NCBI GenBank assembly: GCA_046563655.1
Contig: CM102286.1
Span: 8,742,001 to 8,806,000 of the forward strand
Direction: 5' to 3'
DNA length: 64,000 nt
DNA from: Yuukianura sp. NJ FZ-2021
Lineage: Eukaryota
Below, piece by piece: positions 12,567 to 23,700 of the stretch. A program made the position numbers and the translations under genes. The notes beneath the pieces were generated by a model. The model saw only the letters and a program-made list of their open reading frames with translations. It was not told where the DNA came from and ran no database searches. Within the stretch, counting starts at the first letter, position 1. Each line of letters begins with the position of its first letter.

Positions 12567-13532
12567 ATGGCTACTAATGATGTCAAAGACGCAGAGATTG
12601 CGGATCTTACTGAGCAATTACGTGTATTAGAAACAGTGATGGATGATTTGCGTGCACAGCAGCGATTTTCCGCCGCGCCCGCTCCGGCCGCGCCCGCTCC
12701 ACAAGTAGTGCTTGTAGAACAAGCACCTGTGATTCCGATCCCAAAATATTCTCAGAAAATTCCAATTTCTTCCTTTTTTAAAGAAGCAGAAGAGTATTTT
12801 ACGCTCAAAAATTCGGATGAAAAGTCAAAACTTGTTTTAATTGGTTTCATGCTTCATAAAGATTCGGACATTTTTCGTTGGTGGTTGGATGTTAAGGATA
12901 ACATCACCTCCTGGGAACAATTCAAAATCGCATTTTTAAATTACGAAGGCATTGGTCAGTCTACAGACAAGCTTCTTTCTGATCTTTTCGCTAAAAAGCA
13001 ATTTTTTTCAGAAGCTTTTGAAACTTTTGCGTGGGATGTAGCGAATTCCTACAAACGAATTGACCCAAATGTTTCCACTGAAACGATTCGAGAACGGATT
13101 GTAAATTCTTGTCTTCCGGAAATTTCAATTTTGCTTAGATCTTCCCGCGCTACGAATGTAGCCGAGCTAATTGCGCATGGCAAACAAATTGTGGGCGATC
13201 TCAATCGGACTAGACGTTTTGAAAACAAGCCTTTGATTCGTGCGACAGCTTCTGATGATTTTTCCGATTTCAATCAAAGACTCAAGGACAGAGCAGCAGC
13301 ACGTCAACCGTCTAGAGCGGCTTACATTCCAAGGGAATCTTTCCAACCGCAGCCTATTGGGCCTATTTCAGTCCCACCCGAAAATTCTGGGGCAAGTCAA
13401 TTCTTTCCAAAGCAAGACTCGGAGGCTCAAACAGCTCCAATTTTTTCTGCCATGACTCCAAAACAACCGGAAATTTCTTATTCGCGCCCAGAGCGCGCTC
13501 CTAATATTCCGCCAAACTCCGACGGAAGGTAG
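12567..13532 (+). CDS. gag: Gag (321 aa)
   Basis: ATG-initiated ORF before pol with an N-terminal coiled coil and a retrotransposon capsid-like segment (RWWLDVKDNITSWEQFKIAFL). No CCHC knuckle visible. Confidence 0.88.
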   Translation: MATNDVKDAEIADLTEQLRVLETVMDDLRAQQRFSAAPAPAAPAPQVVLVEQAPVIPIPKYSQKIPISSFFKEAEEYFTLKNSDEKSKLVLIGFMLHKDSDIFRWWLDVKDNITSWEQFKIAFLNYEGIGQSTDKLLSDLFAKKQFFSEAFETFAWDVANSYKRIDPNVSTETIRERIVNSCLPEISILLRSSRATNVAELIAHGKQIVGDLNRTRRFENKPLIRATASDDFSDFNQRLKDRAAARQPSRAAYIPRESFQPQPIGPISVPPENSGASQFFPKQDSEAQTAPIFSAMTPKQPEISYSRPERAPNIPPNSDGR

Positions 13533-16500
13533 GACGGGAGTTCCCTATCCTTCCGAAATCGGATTTTTCCAAAGCAGCTCCCACAATTAAAATCAAAATT
13601 CGGAATTCCTTTTATTTTGCTCATTTGGATTCGCTATCAACTTATTCGCATATTTCCGCTTCTTTAGCCAAAGAACTCGGCTTGATTATTCAAAAAGGGC
13701 AAATTCAATTAACGATTGGTGACTCAAGTACAATCAGTACTTCCGGAACTGGAGAGTTACATTTCAAAATTTATACGGACGATTACATTCACACAGTCCA
13801 CATTCTCCAGTCTCCGCCTTTTCCAATTATTCTCGGACTTGACTTTATTCGGAAATATCATTTAGTCCCGGACTTTCATGACGGTACATTTTCGATTCTC
13901 GGAACAAAAACAACAGGTCGACTCGAATACTATTTTCAAAATCGTGAGTATTTATGTGCATTGCTTGGGCTCAGCGATGTGCAAACTCAGGAACTCAAAA
14001 GTCTGACCGACAGCTTTCCTTCACTTTTCTCATCTCAGTTAGGCCAAACTGATTGGGTCAAGTGTGAGTTGACACCGTCTCCCGGACCTCCTATTTCCTC
14101 TAAACCCTATCCGGTTAGTCCTTTCAAAAGACAGCTCATTTCGGACAACATTTCGGAAATGTTGAAACTGGGCGTCATTGAACCCTCTGATTCTGAGTGG
14201 GCCTCCCCTGTATATATGCACACTCGTGACAAAGGTCAGTCATGGAGATTTACTTTGGATTTGCGGAAAGTAAATGCTCGGCTACCTCATGATCCTTTTC
14301 CTATTCCTAGATTAGATTATTTATTTCATAACTTAGGTCAAGCTAAATTTCTTTCGGTGATTGATCTTAAGAAGGGCTACTGGCAAGTGGCCATGGATCC
14401 CCAGAGCGCAAAGTACACCGCTTTCATTTGTCATGAGGGTAAATTTCAATTTACGCGCATGCCCTTTGGTTTAAAGTCGGCCCCTTCTTTATTTCAACGC
14501 CTTGTAAATAAAATTTTAGGCACAGCGCGAGGACGCTTTGCTGACGGTTACATAGACGATATAATCGTCTATTCTAGTTCCTGGAAGGAACACTTAGAGC
14601 ATCTCAAGTACGTTTTTGAGAGATTAAATGCGGCTGGTCTCACTGTAAATATGCAGAAATGTGAGTTCGGTAAAACTACCCTCAAGTACTTAGGGTACAT
14701 TGTTTCTCCAAATGGAATTGAGAGAGACCCGGATAAGATTTCCGCTGTTTCCGATTTTCCCAGGCCGACGACGCCTAAACAAGTACGTCAGTTTTTAGGT
14801 CTTTGTTCTTGGTATCGACAGTTTGTCGAAAAATTTTCGGAGCTCAGCGAGCCCCTCAATCGGTTATTACACAAAGATGTTCCTTTTGTTTGGTCAGACG
14901 ACCAGGAATCTGCGTTTTTGAGGCTCAGAGCAGCCATTTGTTCGGATGATTTGGTTTTGGCTTTCCCGGATTTTTCCAAGGAGTTTATTATTCGGACGGA
15001 CGCGTCACGAGTTGGAGTATCCGCGGTTTTAGCCCAAGAAATTAACGGTTTTGAGAGACCAATTGCGTTTGCGAGTCGCTCTTTAAATAACGCTGAGAAG
15101 AATTACGGTTCCAGCGAAATTGAATGTGTCGGAATTTTGTTTGCTTTAAAGAAATTTGAACATTACATTGACGGTCAAAGATTTCGGCTTGAGACCGACA
15201 ACAAAGCTTTGGTTTGGTTGGACAAAATGAAAGACGTAAACAGCAAGTTTACTCGTTGGGCCCTTCGTATTCAAGATTTTCAGCCCATTATTACGCATTG
15301 TCCTGGCAAACTTAACGTTGTTGCTGATGCCCTGTCACGTGCCCCCGTGGGAGAAAGTGAGGATTGTGCACTGCTTACGGACACTGGAAAGGATTTCGTA
15401 GTCGACGACGGAATTCTTTACCGTTTGGGGAAATACGCTGGCAAACTTCCCTTTATTCCAACTTCTTTACGTTCTCAAGTTTTGAGTTACTTCCATGACA
15501 GACCGGTAGCAGGTCACATGGGCTTTCGTAAAACGCTTTACCGTCTTTTGCGTCGTGTTTTTTGGTTCGGAATGCACGAAGATATTTACAAGTTTGTCCA
15601 GTCTTGCGACATTTGTCAGCGGATTAAAAATCCTAATTCTAAACCGGTTGGTCAACTGCAAAGTGTTCAAACCAGAGGTCCTTGGGACATGCTGGCTTTA
15701 GATCTGATTGGTCCCCTTACGAAAACGCAACGTCAGAATACTTTCTTGCTCGTTGTCACTGATCATTTTACAAAATGGGTAGAATTATTCCCAATTCGAG
15801 AAGCTACGGCTCCTTTGATCGTTAAAAAAGTCGAACAAGAAATTTTCTGTCGTTTCGGTCGTCCCAGAGCCTTGTTAAGCGATAACGGTTCTCAATTTAC
15901 TTCCGAGTTATTTAAAAAGCTTTGTAAAACATGGAATGTCAAGTTGAAGTACACTACTACTTATCATCCCCAGGCAAACATCACTGAGCGCGTAAATCGT
16001 AACGTCATTGCTATTCTTCGCGCCTATGTCGCGAGAAAACACAGCAAATGGGATGAAAATTTACCGGAAGTCGCCATGGCTTTGCGCACTGCTATTTCGG
16101 ATTCTACCGGATTTAGTCCTTCGATGCTTAATTTTGGTCGTGAACTTTCGACTCCGTTTGATTTAGCGCTAGACGACTCTGACAGCGATGATTTTGCTGA
16201 GTGGACGCAGTACCAACTCACTTTGATTGAACGCCTTTCGAAAGTTTACCGTTTGGCTAGGGAGAATCTAGAAAAAGCGCAAGCGTCGCAAGCTAAGCAT
16301 TACAACAAGCATCGCCGCTCGGATGCATTTCAAATTGGCGATTTGGTACTTTTGCGTACTCATGAGAAGTCTGACAAGGCCAAGGGTTACATGAAAAAGT
16401 TCGCTTTTAAGTGGGAAGGCCCTTACATGATTTTTGAAAAGGTTACGGATTTAGTTTATGGCCTGAAATTTTGCGATTCTGACGAGGAAATTGGTCGTCA

Positions 16501-16642
16501 TAACATTGTGAATCTAAAACGCTACTTTTCAAGGCCAGGAACAGTCATTTCAGCGCCTTTGCCGCCTTCTAAGATCCCTAAATCAAAGCCTGAGCCTGTC
16601 ATTAGCAATTACAATCTGCGCAGTCGTGGTACTCTCAATTGA
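13505..16642 (+). CDS. pol: Pol polyprotein (PR-RT-RNase H-integrase) in the -1 frame relative to gag
   Basis: Frame is open from 13505. Motifs: PR-like FAHLDSLSTYSHIS and ILGLDF; RT MPFGLKSAP and YIDD; RNase H TDAS, ETDNKAL, VADALSR; IN zinc finger H..H..CDIC, LDLIG, SDNGSQF, TERVNR; GPY. Confidence 0.97.
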   Translation, partial: YSAKLRRKVGREFPILPKSDFSKAAPTIKIKIRNSFYFAHLDSLSTYSHISASLAKELGLIIQKGQIQLTIGDSSTISTSGTGELHFKIYTDDYIHTVHILQSPPFPIILGLDFIRKYHLVPDFHDGTFSILGTKTTGRLEYYFQNREYLCALLGLSDVQTQELKSLTDSFPSLFSSQLGQTDWVKCELTPSPGPPISSKPYPVSPFKRQLISDNISEMLKLGVIEPSDSEWASPVYMHTRDKGQSWRFTLDLRKVNARLPHDPFPIPRLDYLFHNLGQAKFLSVIDLKKGYWQVAMDPQSAKYTAFICHEGKFQFTRMPFGLKSAPSLFQRLVNKILGTARGRFADGYIDDIIVYSSSWKEHLEHLKYVFERLNAAGLTVNMQKCEFGKTTLKYLGYIVSPNGIERDPDKISAVSDFPRPTTPKQVRQFLGLCSWYRQFVEKFSELSEPLNRLLHKDVPFVWSDDQESAFLRLRAAICSDDLVLAFPDFSKEFIIRTDASRVGVSAVLAQEINGFERPIAFASRSLNNAEKNYGSSEIECVGILFALKKFEHYIDGQRFRLETDNKALVWLDKMKDVNSKFTRWALRIQDFQPIITHCPGKLNVVADALSRAPVGESEDCALLTDTGKDFVVDDGILYRLGKYAGKLPFIPTSLRSQVLSYFHDRPVAGHMGFRKTLYRLLRRVFWFGMHEDIYKFVQSCDICQRIKNPNSKPVGQLQSVQTRGPWDMLALDLIGPLTKTQRQNTFLLVVTDHFTKWVELFPIREATAPLIVKKVEQEIFCRFGRPRALLSDNGSQFTSELFKKLCKTWNVKLKYTTTYHPQANITERVNRNVIAILRAYVARKHSKWDENLPEVAMALRTAISDSTGFSPSMLNFGRELSTPFDLALDDSDSDDFAEWTQYQLTLIERLSKVYRLARENLEKAQASQAKHYNKHRRSDAFQIGDLVLLRTHEKSDKAKGYMKKFAFKWEGPYMIFEKVTDLVYGLKFCDSDEEIGRHNIVNLKRYFSRPGTVISAPLPPSKIPKSKPEPVISNYNLRSRGTLN
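13511..13555 (+). promoter_or_regulatory. Candidate -1 programmed ribosomal frameshift signal
   Basis: G_CCA_AAC in the gag frame, a 5-nt spacer, then stem CGGAAGG-TAGG / CCTATCCTTCCG. The heptamer lies in the 28-nt gag/pol overlap. Confidence 0.6.
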
Positions 16643-17246
16643 TTTCCGTTTTTCTTCTTTTTGTTCCAGCCAAAGCGTTTCCTGAACCGGCTCCTTCCTA
16701 AATTCCAAAACTTGCCCAATTCCAAGCGCTCGGACGCGGAAAACGCTCATTTTGATTCTAAACTTTATTGGAAATGCTCCGTTCGCATCCATACCATTTT
16801 TCAAAAACCAAAACCGAAGTTTCGGTACACCAAAAAGCCTTAAAAGCGACGATCTTTTGTGCTACAAATTGTTAGTTAAGCTGGGGCTAGAGCCCCTTAG
16901 TTAAGTGTACTCAGCACGAATTCCAAAATTAGTCTTAGTTTTTTGCACATTTTCATTCATTTTGCCATTGTTTCTTGTTTATTTCATTATTTTTGTCAGT
17001 TTTTGTTTATAGTCGATTCCAATTCTTTAGTTCATTTTTTGTAGTTTGCAAAATTTTTTGTCATTTTCCATTTTTGTGTATAGTCGATCCCATTAGTTTA
17101 GTTTCTTTTTTATTCCTAAGTTTGCCAAAATTTTCTGTTCATAGTGGAGCTAAGTTTTTGTTGTTTAGGTTGCAAATTTTTTGTGTACAGTTTTAGAGCT
17201 AAGTTAGTTAGTTAGCCCTGGTCCAACCCCTGGAGCAACGCTTCAT

Positions 17247-17262
17247 GGCGAGGAGGGGGTGA
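17247..17262 (+). promoter_or_regulatory. Polypurine tract
   Basis: GGCGAGGAGGGGGTGA immediately before the 3' LTR. Confidence 0.85.
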
Positions 17263-17754
17263 TATGAGGTCATGGACCTCATCTGAGAACAATTAATTAA
17301 GTTAAATTAAGTAGGGCGAATGCCCATAAGTGGTTGTCCCCGGTCTCCCTCCCTTTTTGTATCGGCAGAGCCGACAGAAGAACTCAAGCAGATTCCTCCT
17401 TCTGCTGCCACGCTGACAACAGCTCTCCAGGACTGCTCCGTCCATCTTCTCCAGGTCGCCTGCTTCCAGCCCAAAGGTCTCAGGTCAGGTCAGCAGTAGG
17501 CCAGTGATTGGCCTTGCCAGTGATTGGCATCGTCGTAGCCAGTGATTGGCTGTCCCCTTCCCCCGGATCTGGGTTATCGGTATGGCCCTTCAGGCCCGTT
17601 AGTTTAGCCCAAAGGGCTTAGTGTTTTAGTTAGTGTGTTCAATCGCTACGATTTGAATAAATCGTAGCTCGAGATCATCGGTTTTCGGTTGTTGTTTTCA
17701 TTTATTTCATAGTGAGGCTGGAGCAGTGCAGAGAGGCACTGCTCAAGCCTCATA
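17263..17754 (+). repeat. 3' LTR (492 bp)
   Basis: TATGAGG...CCTCATA followed by TSD AAAT. Confidence 0.95.
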
Positions 17755-20700
17755 AAATCCATTCTTTTCATTTAAAACTCACCAAAAAGTCATTCTGGGC
17801 TATCTGAGGAGTCAAAATTGTAAACCGAAATTATGCTTCTGAAAGCCCATCTGAAGTGTTCCAAACTCACTTTTTCTCCGAAAAATCCATTTTTTTCATT
17901 TAAAACTCCCCAAAAAGTCATTCTGGGCTATCTGAGGAGTCAAAATTGCAAACCGAAATTATGCTTCTGAAAGCCCATCTGAAGTGTTCCAAACTCACTT
18001 TTTCTCCGAAAAATTCATTTTTTTTCATTTAAAACTCCCCAAAGAGTCATTCTGGGCTATTTGAGATGTCAAAATTGCAAACCGAAATTATGCTTGTGAA
18101 AGCCCGTCTGAAGTGTTCCAAGCTCAATTTTTCACCAAAAAATCATTTTTTTCATTAAATACTCTTCAAAAAGTCATTCTGGGCTATCTGAGATGTCAAA
18201 ATTGCAAACCGAAATTATGCTTCTGAAAGCCCATCTGCTGAAGTGTTCCAAACTCACTTTTTCCCCGAAAAATCCATTTTTTTCATTTAAAGTTCCCCAA
18301 AAAGTCATTCTGGGCTATCTGAGGAGTCAAAATTGCAAACCGAAATTATGCTTCTGAAAGCCCATATGAAGTGTTCCAAACTAAATTTTTCTCCGAAAAA
18401 TCCATTCTTTTCATTTAAAACTCACCAAAAAGTCATTCTGGGCTATCTGAGGAGTCAAAATTGCAAACCGAAATTATGGTTGTGAAAGCCCATCTGAAGT
18501 GTTCCAAGCTCAATTTTTCACCAAAAAATCATTTTTTTTTCATTAAATACTCTTCAAAAAGTCATTCTGGGCTATCTGAGGAGTCAAAATTGCAAACCGA
18601 AATTATGCTTCTGAAAGCCCATATGAAGTGTTCCAAACTCAATTTTTCTCCGAAAAATCCATTTTTTTCATTTAAAACTCACCAAAAAGTCATTCTGGGC
18701 TATCTGAGGAGTCAAAATTGCAAACCGAAATTATGCTTCTGAAAGCCCATCTGAAGTGTTCCAAACTCAATTTTTCACCAAAAAATCATTTTTTTTTTCA
18801 TTAAATACTCATCAAAAAGTCATTCTGGGCTATCTGAGGAGTCAAAATTGCAAACCGAAATTATGCTTCTGAAAGCCCATATGAAGTGTTCCAAACTCAC
18901 TTTTTCTCCGAAAAATCCATTTTTTTCATTTAAAACTCCCCAAAAAGTCATTCTGGGCTATCTGAGGAGTCAAAATTGCAAACCGAAATTATGCTTCTGA
19001 AAGCCCATCTGAAGTGTTCCAAACTCACTTTTTCTCCGAAAAATTCATTTTTTTTTCATTTAAAACTCCCCAAAGAGTCATTCTGGGCTATTTGAGATGT
19101 CAAAATTGCAAACCGAAATTATGCTTGTGAAAGCCCGTCTGAAGTGTTCCAAGCTCAATTTTTCACCAAAAAATCATTTTTTTTTCATTAAATACTCTTC
19201 AAAAAGTCATTCTGGGCTATCTGAGATGTCAAAATTGCAAACCGAAATTATGCTTCTGAAAGCCCATCTGCTGAAGTGTTCCAAACTCACTTTTTCCCCG
19301 AAAAATCCATTTTTTTCATTTAAAGTTCCCCAAAAAGTCATTCTGGGCTATCTGAGGAGTCAAAATTGCAAACCGAAATTATGCTTCTGAAAGCCCATAT
19401 GAAGTGTTCCAAACTAAATTTTTCTCCGAAAAATCCATTCTTTTCATTTAAAACTCACCAAAAAGTCATTCTGGGCTATCTGAGGAGTCAAAATTGTAAA
19501 CCGAAATTATGCTTGTCAAAGCCCATCTGAAGTGTTCCAAGCTCAATTTTTCACCAAAAAATCATTTTTTTTTCATTCTTCAAAAAGTCATTCTGGGCTA
19601 TCTGAGGAGTCAAAATTGCAAACCGAAATTATGCTTCTGAAAGCCCATATGAAGTGTTCCAAACTCAATTTTTCTCCGAAAAATCCATTTTTTTCATTTA
19701 AAACTCACCAAAAAGTCATTCTGGGCTATCTGAGGAGTCAAAATTGCAAACCGAAATTATGCTTCTGAAAGCCCATCTGAAGTGTTCCAAACTCAATTTT
19801 TCACCAAAAAAATCATTCTTTTTCATTAAATACTCATCAAAAAGTCATTCTGGGCTATCTGAGGAGTCAAAATTGCAAACCGAAATTATGCTTCTGAAAG
19901 CCCATATGAAGTGTTCCAAACTAAATTTTTCTCCGAAAAATCCATTCTTTTCATTTAAAACTCACCAAAAAGTCATTCTGGGCTATCTGAGGAGTCAAAA
20001 TTGCAAACCGAAATTATGCTTCTGAAAGCCCATCTGAAGTGTTCCAAACTCAATTTTTCACCAAAAAATCATTTTTTTTTTCATTAAATACTCATCAAAA
20101 AGTCATTCTGGGCTATCTGAGGAGTCAAAATTGCAAACCGAAATTATGCTTCTGAAAGCCCATATGAAGTGTTCCAAACTAAATTTTTCTCCGAAAAATC
20201 CATTCTTCTCATTTAAAACTCACCAAAAAGTCATTCTGGGCTATCTGAGGAGTCAAAATTGCAAACCGAAATTATGCTTCTGAAAGCCCATCTTAAGTGT
20301 TCCAAACTCACTTTTTTTCCGAAAAATCCATTTTTTTCATTTAAAACTCCCCAAAAAGTCATTCTGGGCTATCTGAGGAGTCAAAATTGCAAACCGAAAT
20401 TATGCTTCTGAAAGCCCATCTGAAGTGTTCCAAACTCAATTTTTCTCCGAAAAATTCATTTTTTTTTTCATTTAAAACTCCCCAAAGAGTCATTCTGGGC
20501 TATTTGAGATGTCAAAATTGCAAACCGAAATTATGCTTGTGAAAGCCCGTCTGAAGTGTTCCAAGCTCAATTTTTCTCCGAAAAATCCATTCTTTTCATT
20601 TAAAACTCACCAAAAAGTCATTCTGGGCTATCTGAGGAGTCAAAATTGCAAACCGAAATTATGGTTGAGAAAGCCCGTCTGAAGTGTTCCAAGCTCAATT

Positions 20701-23700
20701 TTTCTCCGAAAAATCCATTCTTTTCATTTAAAACTCATTAAAAAGTCATTCTGGGCTATCTGAGGAGTCAAAATTGCAAACCGAAATTATGGTTGAGAAA
20801 GCCCATCTGAAGTGTTCCAAGCTCAATTCTTCTCCGAAAAATCATTTTTTTTTCATTAAATACTCTTCAAAAAGTCATTCTGGGCTATCTGAGGAGTCAA
20901 AATTGCAAACCGAAATTATGCTTCTGAAAGCCCATATGAAGTGTTCCAAACTAAATTTTTCTCCGAAAAATCCATTCTTTTCATTTAAAACTCACCAAAA
21001 AGTCATTCTGGGCTATCTGAGGAGTCAAAATTGCAAACCGAAATTATGCTTCTGAAAGCCCATATGAAGTGTTCCAAACTCACTTTTTCTCCGAAAAATC
21101 CATTTTTTTCATTTAAAACTCCCCAAAAAGTCATTCTGGGCTATCTGAGGAGTCAAAATTGCAAACCGAAATTATGCTTCTGAAAGCCCATCTGAAGTGT
21201 TCCAAACTCACTTTTTCTCCGAAAAATCCATTTTTTTCATTTAAAACTCCCCAAAAAGTCATTCTGGGCTATTTGAGATGTCAAAATTGCAAACCGAAAT
21301 TATGGTTGTGAAAGCCCATCTGAAGTGTTCCAAGCTCAATTTTTCACCAAAAAATCATTTTTTTTTCATTAAATACTCTTCAAAAAGTCATTCCGGGCTA
21401 TCTGAGATGTCAAAATTGCAAACCGAAATTATGCTTCTGAAAGCCCATCTGCTGAAGTGTTCCAAACTCACTTTTTCCCCAAAAAATCCATTTTTTTCAT
21501 TTAAAGTTCCCCAAAAAGTCATTCTGGGCTATCTGAGGAGTCAAAATTGCAAACCGAAATTATGCTTCTGAAAGCCCATATGAAGTGTTCCAAACTAAAT
21601 TTTTCTCCGAAAAATCCATTCTTTTCATTTAAAACTCACCAAAAAGTCATTCTGGGCTATCTGAGGAGTCAAAATTGCAAACCGAAATTATGGTTGTGAA
21701 AGCCCATCTGAAGTGTTCCAAGCTCAATTTTTCACCAAAAAATCATTTTTTTCATTAAATACTCTTCAAAAAGTCATTCTGGGCTATCTGAGGAGTCAAA
21801 ATTGCAAACCGAAATTATGCTTCTGAAAGCCCATATGAAGTGTTCCAAACTCAATTTTTCTCCGAAAAATCCATTTTTTTCATTTAAAACTCACCAAAAA
21901 GTCATTCTGGGCTATCTGAGGAGTCAAAATTGCAAACCGAAATTATGCTTCTGAAAGCCCATCTGAAGTGTTCCAAACTCAATTTTTCACCAAAAAATCA
22001 TTTTTTTTTTCATTAAATACTCATCAAAAAGTCATTCTGGGCTATCTGAGGAGTCAAAATTGCAAACCGAAATTATGCTTCTGAAAGCCCATATGAAGTG
22101 TTCCAAACTAAATTTTTCTCCGAAAAATCCATTCTTTTCATTTAAAACTCACCAAAAAGTCATTCTGGGCTATCTGAGGAGTCAAAATTGCAAACCGAAA
22201 TTATGCTTCTGAAAGCCCATCTTAAGTGTTCCAAACTCACTTTTTTTCCGAAAAATCCATTTTTTTCATTTAAAACTCCCCAAAAAGTCATTCTGGGCTA
22301 TCTGAGGAGTCAAAATTGCAAACCGAAATTATGCTTCTGAAAGCCCATCTGAAGTGTTCCAAACTCAATTTTTCTCCGAAAAATTCATTTTTTTTTCATT
22401 TAAAACTCCACAAAGAGTCATTCTGGGCTATTTGAGATGTCAAAATTGCAAACCGAAATTATGCTTGTGAAAGCCCGTCTGAAGTGTTCCAAGCTCAATT
22501 TTTCACCAAAAACTCATTTTTTTTTCATTTAAAGCTCCCCAAAAAGTCATTCTGGGCTATCTGAGGAGTCAAAATTGCAAACCGAAATTATGCTTCTGAA
22601 AGCCCATATGAAGTGTTCCAAACTAAATTTTTCTCCGAAAAATCCATTCTTTTCATTTAAAACTCACCAAAAAGTCATTCTGGGCTATCTGAGGAGTCAA
22701 AATTGTAAACCGAAATTATGCTTGTGAAAGCCCGTCTGAAGTGTTCCAAGCTCAATTTTTCACCAAAAAATCCATTTTTTTCATTAAAAACTCTCCAAAA
22801 AGTCATTCCCGGCTATCTGAGGAGTCGAAATTGCAAACCGTTATAAAACTTGTTAATGCCCAACTGAAGTGTACAAATCTCAATTTTTCTCCGAAAAATG
22901 CATTTTTTTCATTTATAACTCACCAAAAAGTCATTCCGGGCAATCTGAGGAGTCAAAATTGCAAACCGAAATTATGCTTGTGAAGGCACATTTGAAGTGT
23001 ACCAATCTCAATTCTTCTCCGAAAAATCATTTTTTTTTCATTAAATACTCTTCAAAAAGTCATTCTGGGCTATCTGAGGAGTCAAAATTGCAACCCGAAA
23101 TTATGCTTCTGAAAGCCCATCTGAAGTGTTCCAAACTCAATTTTTCACCAAAAAATCATTTTTTTCATTAAATAGTCTTCAAAAAGTCATTCTGGGCTAT
23201 CTGAGGAGTCAAAATTGCAAACCGAAATTATGCTTCTGAAAGCCCATCTGAAGTGTTCCAAACTCACTTTTTCTCCGAAAAATTCATTTTTTTTTCATTT
23301 AAAACTCCCCAAAGAGTCATTCTGGGCTATTTGAGATGTCAAAATTGCAAACCGAAATTATGCTTGTGAAAGCCCGTCTGAAGTGTACCAAGCTCAATTT
23401 TTCACCAAAAAATCATTTTTTCATTTAAAACTCACCAAAAAGTCATTCTGGGCTATCTGAGGAGTCAAAATTGCAAACCGAAATTATGCTTCTGAAAGCC
23501 CATCTGAAGTGTTCCAAACTCAATTTTTCACTAAAAAATCCATTCTTTTCATTAAATACTCATCAAAAAGTCATTCTGGGCTATCTGAGGAGTCAAAATT
23601 GCAAACCGAAATTATGCTTCTGAAAGCCCATATGAAGTGTTCCAAACTCAATTTTTCTCCGAAAAATCCATTTTTTTCATTTAAAACTCACCAAAAAGTC

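Larger units (their letters stand above)
11459..17754 (+). mobile_element. Full-length Ty3/gypsy LTR retrotransposon (6.3 kb)
   Basis: Two LTRs, PBS, PPT, gag, and pol in PR-RT-RH-IN order. 4-bp TSD AAAT at 11455-11458 and 17755-17758. No env. Confidence 0.97.

Noticed and set aside
16643..17246. Possible env or third ORF in the gypsy element
   Set aside because: Only short, low-complexity T-rich ORFs; this is a 3' UTR.
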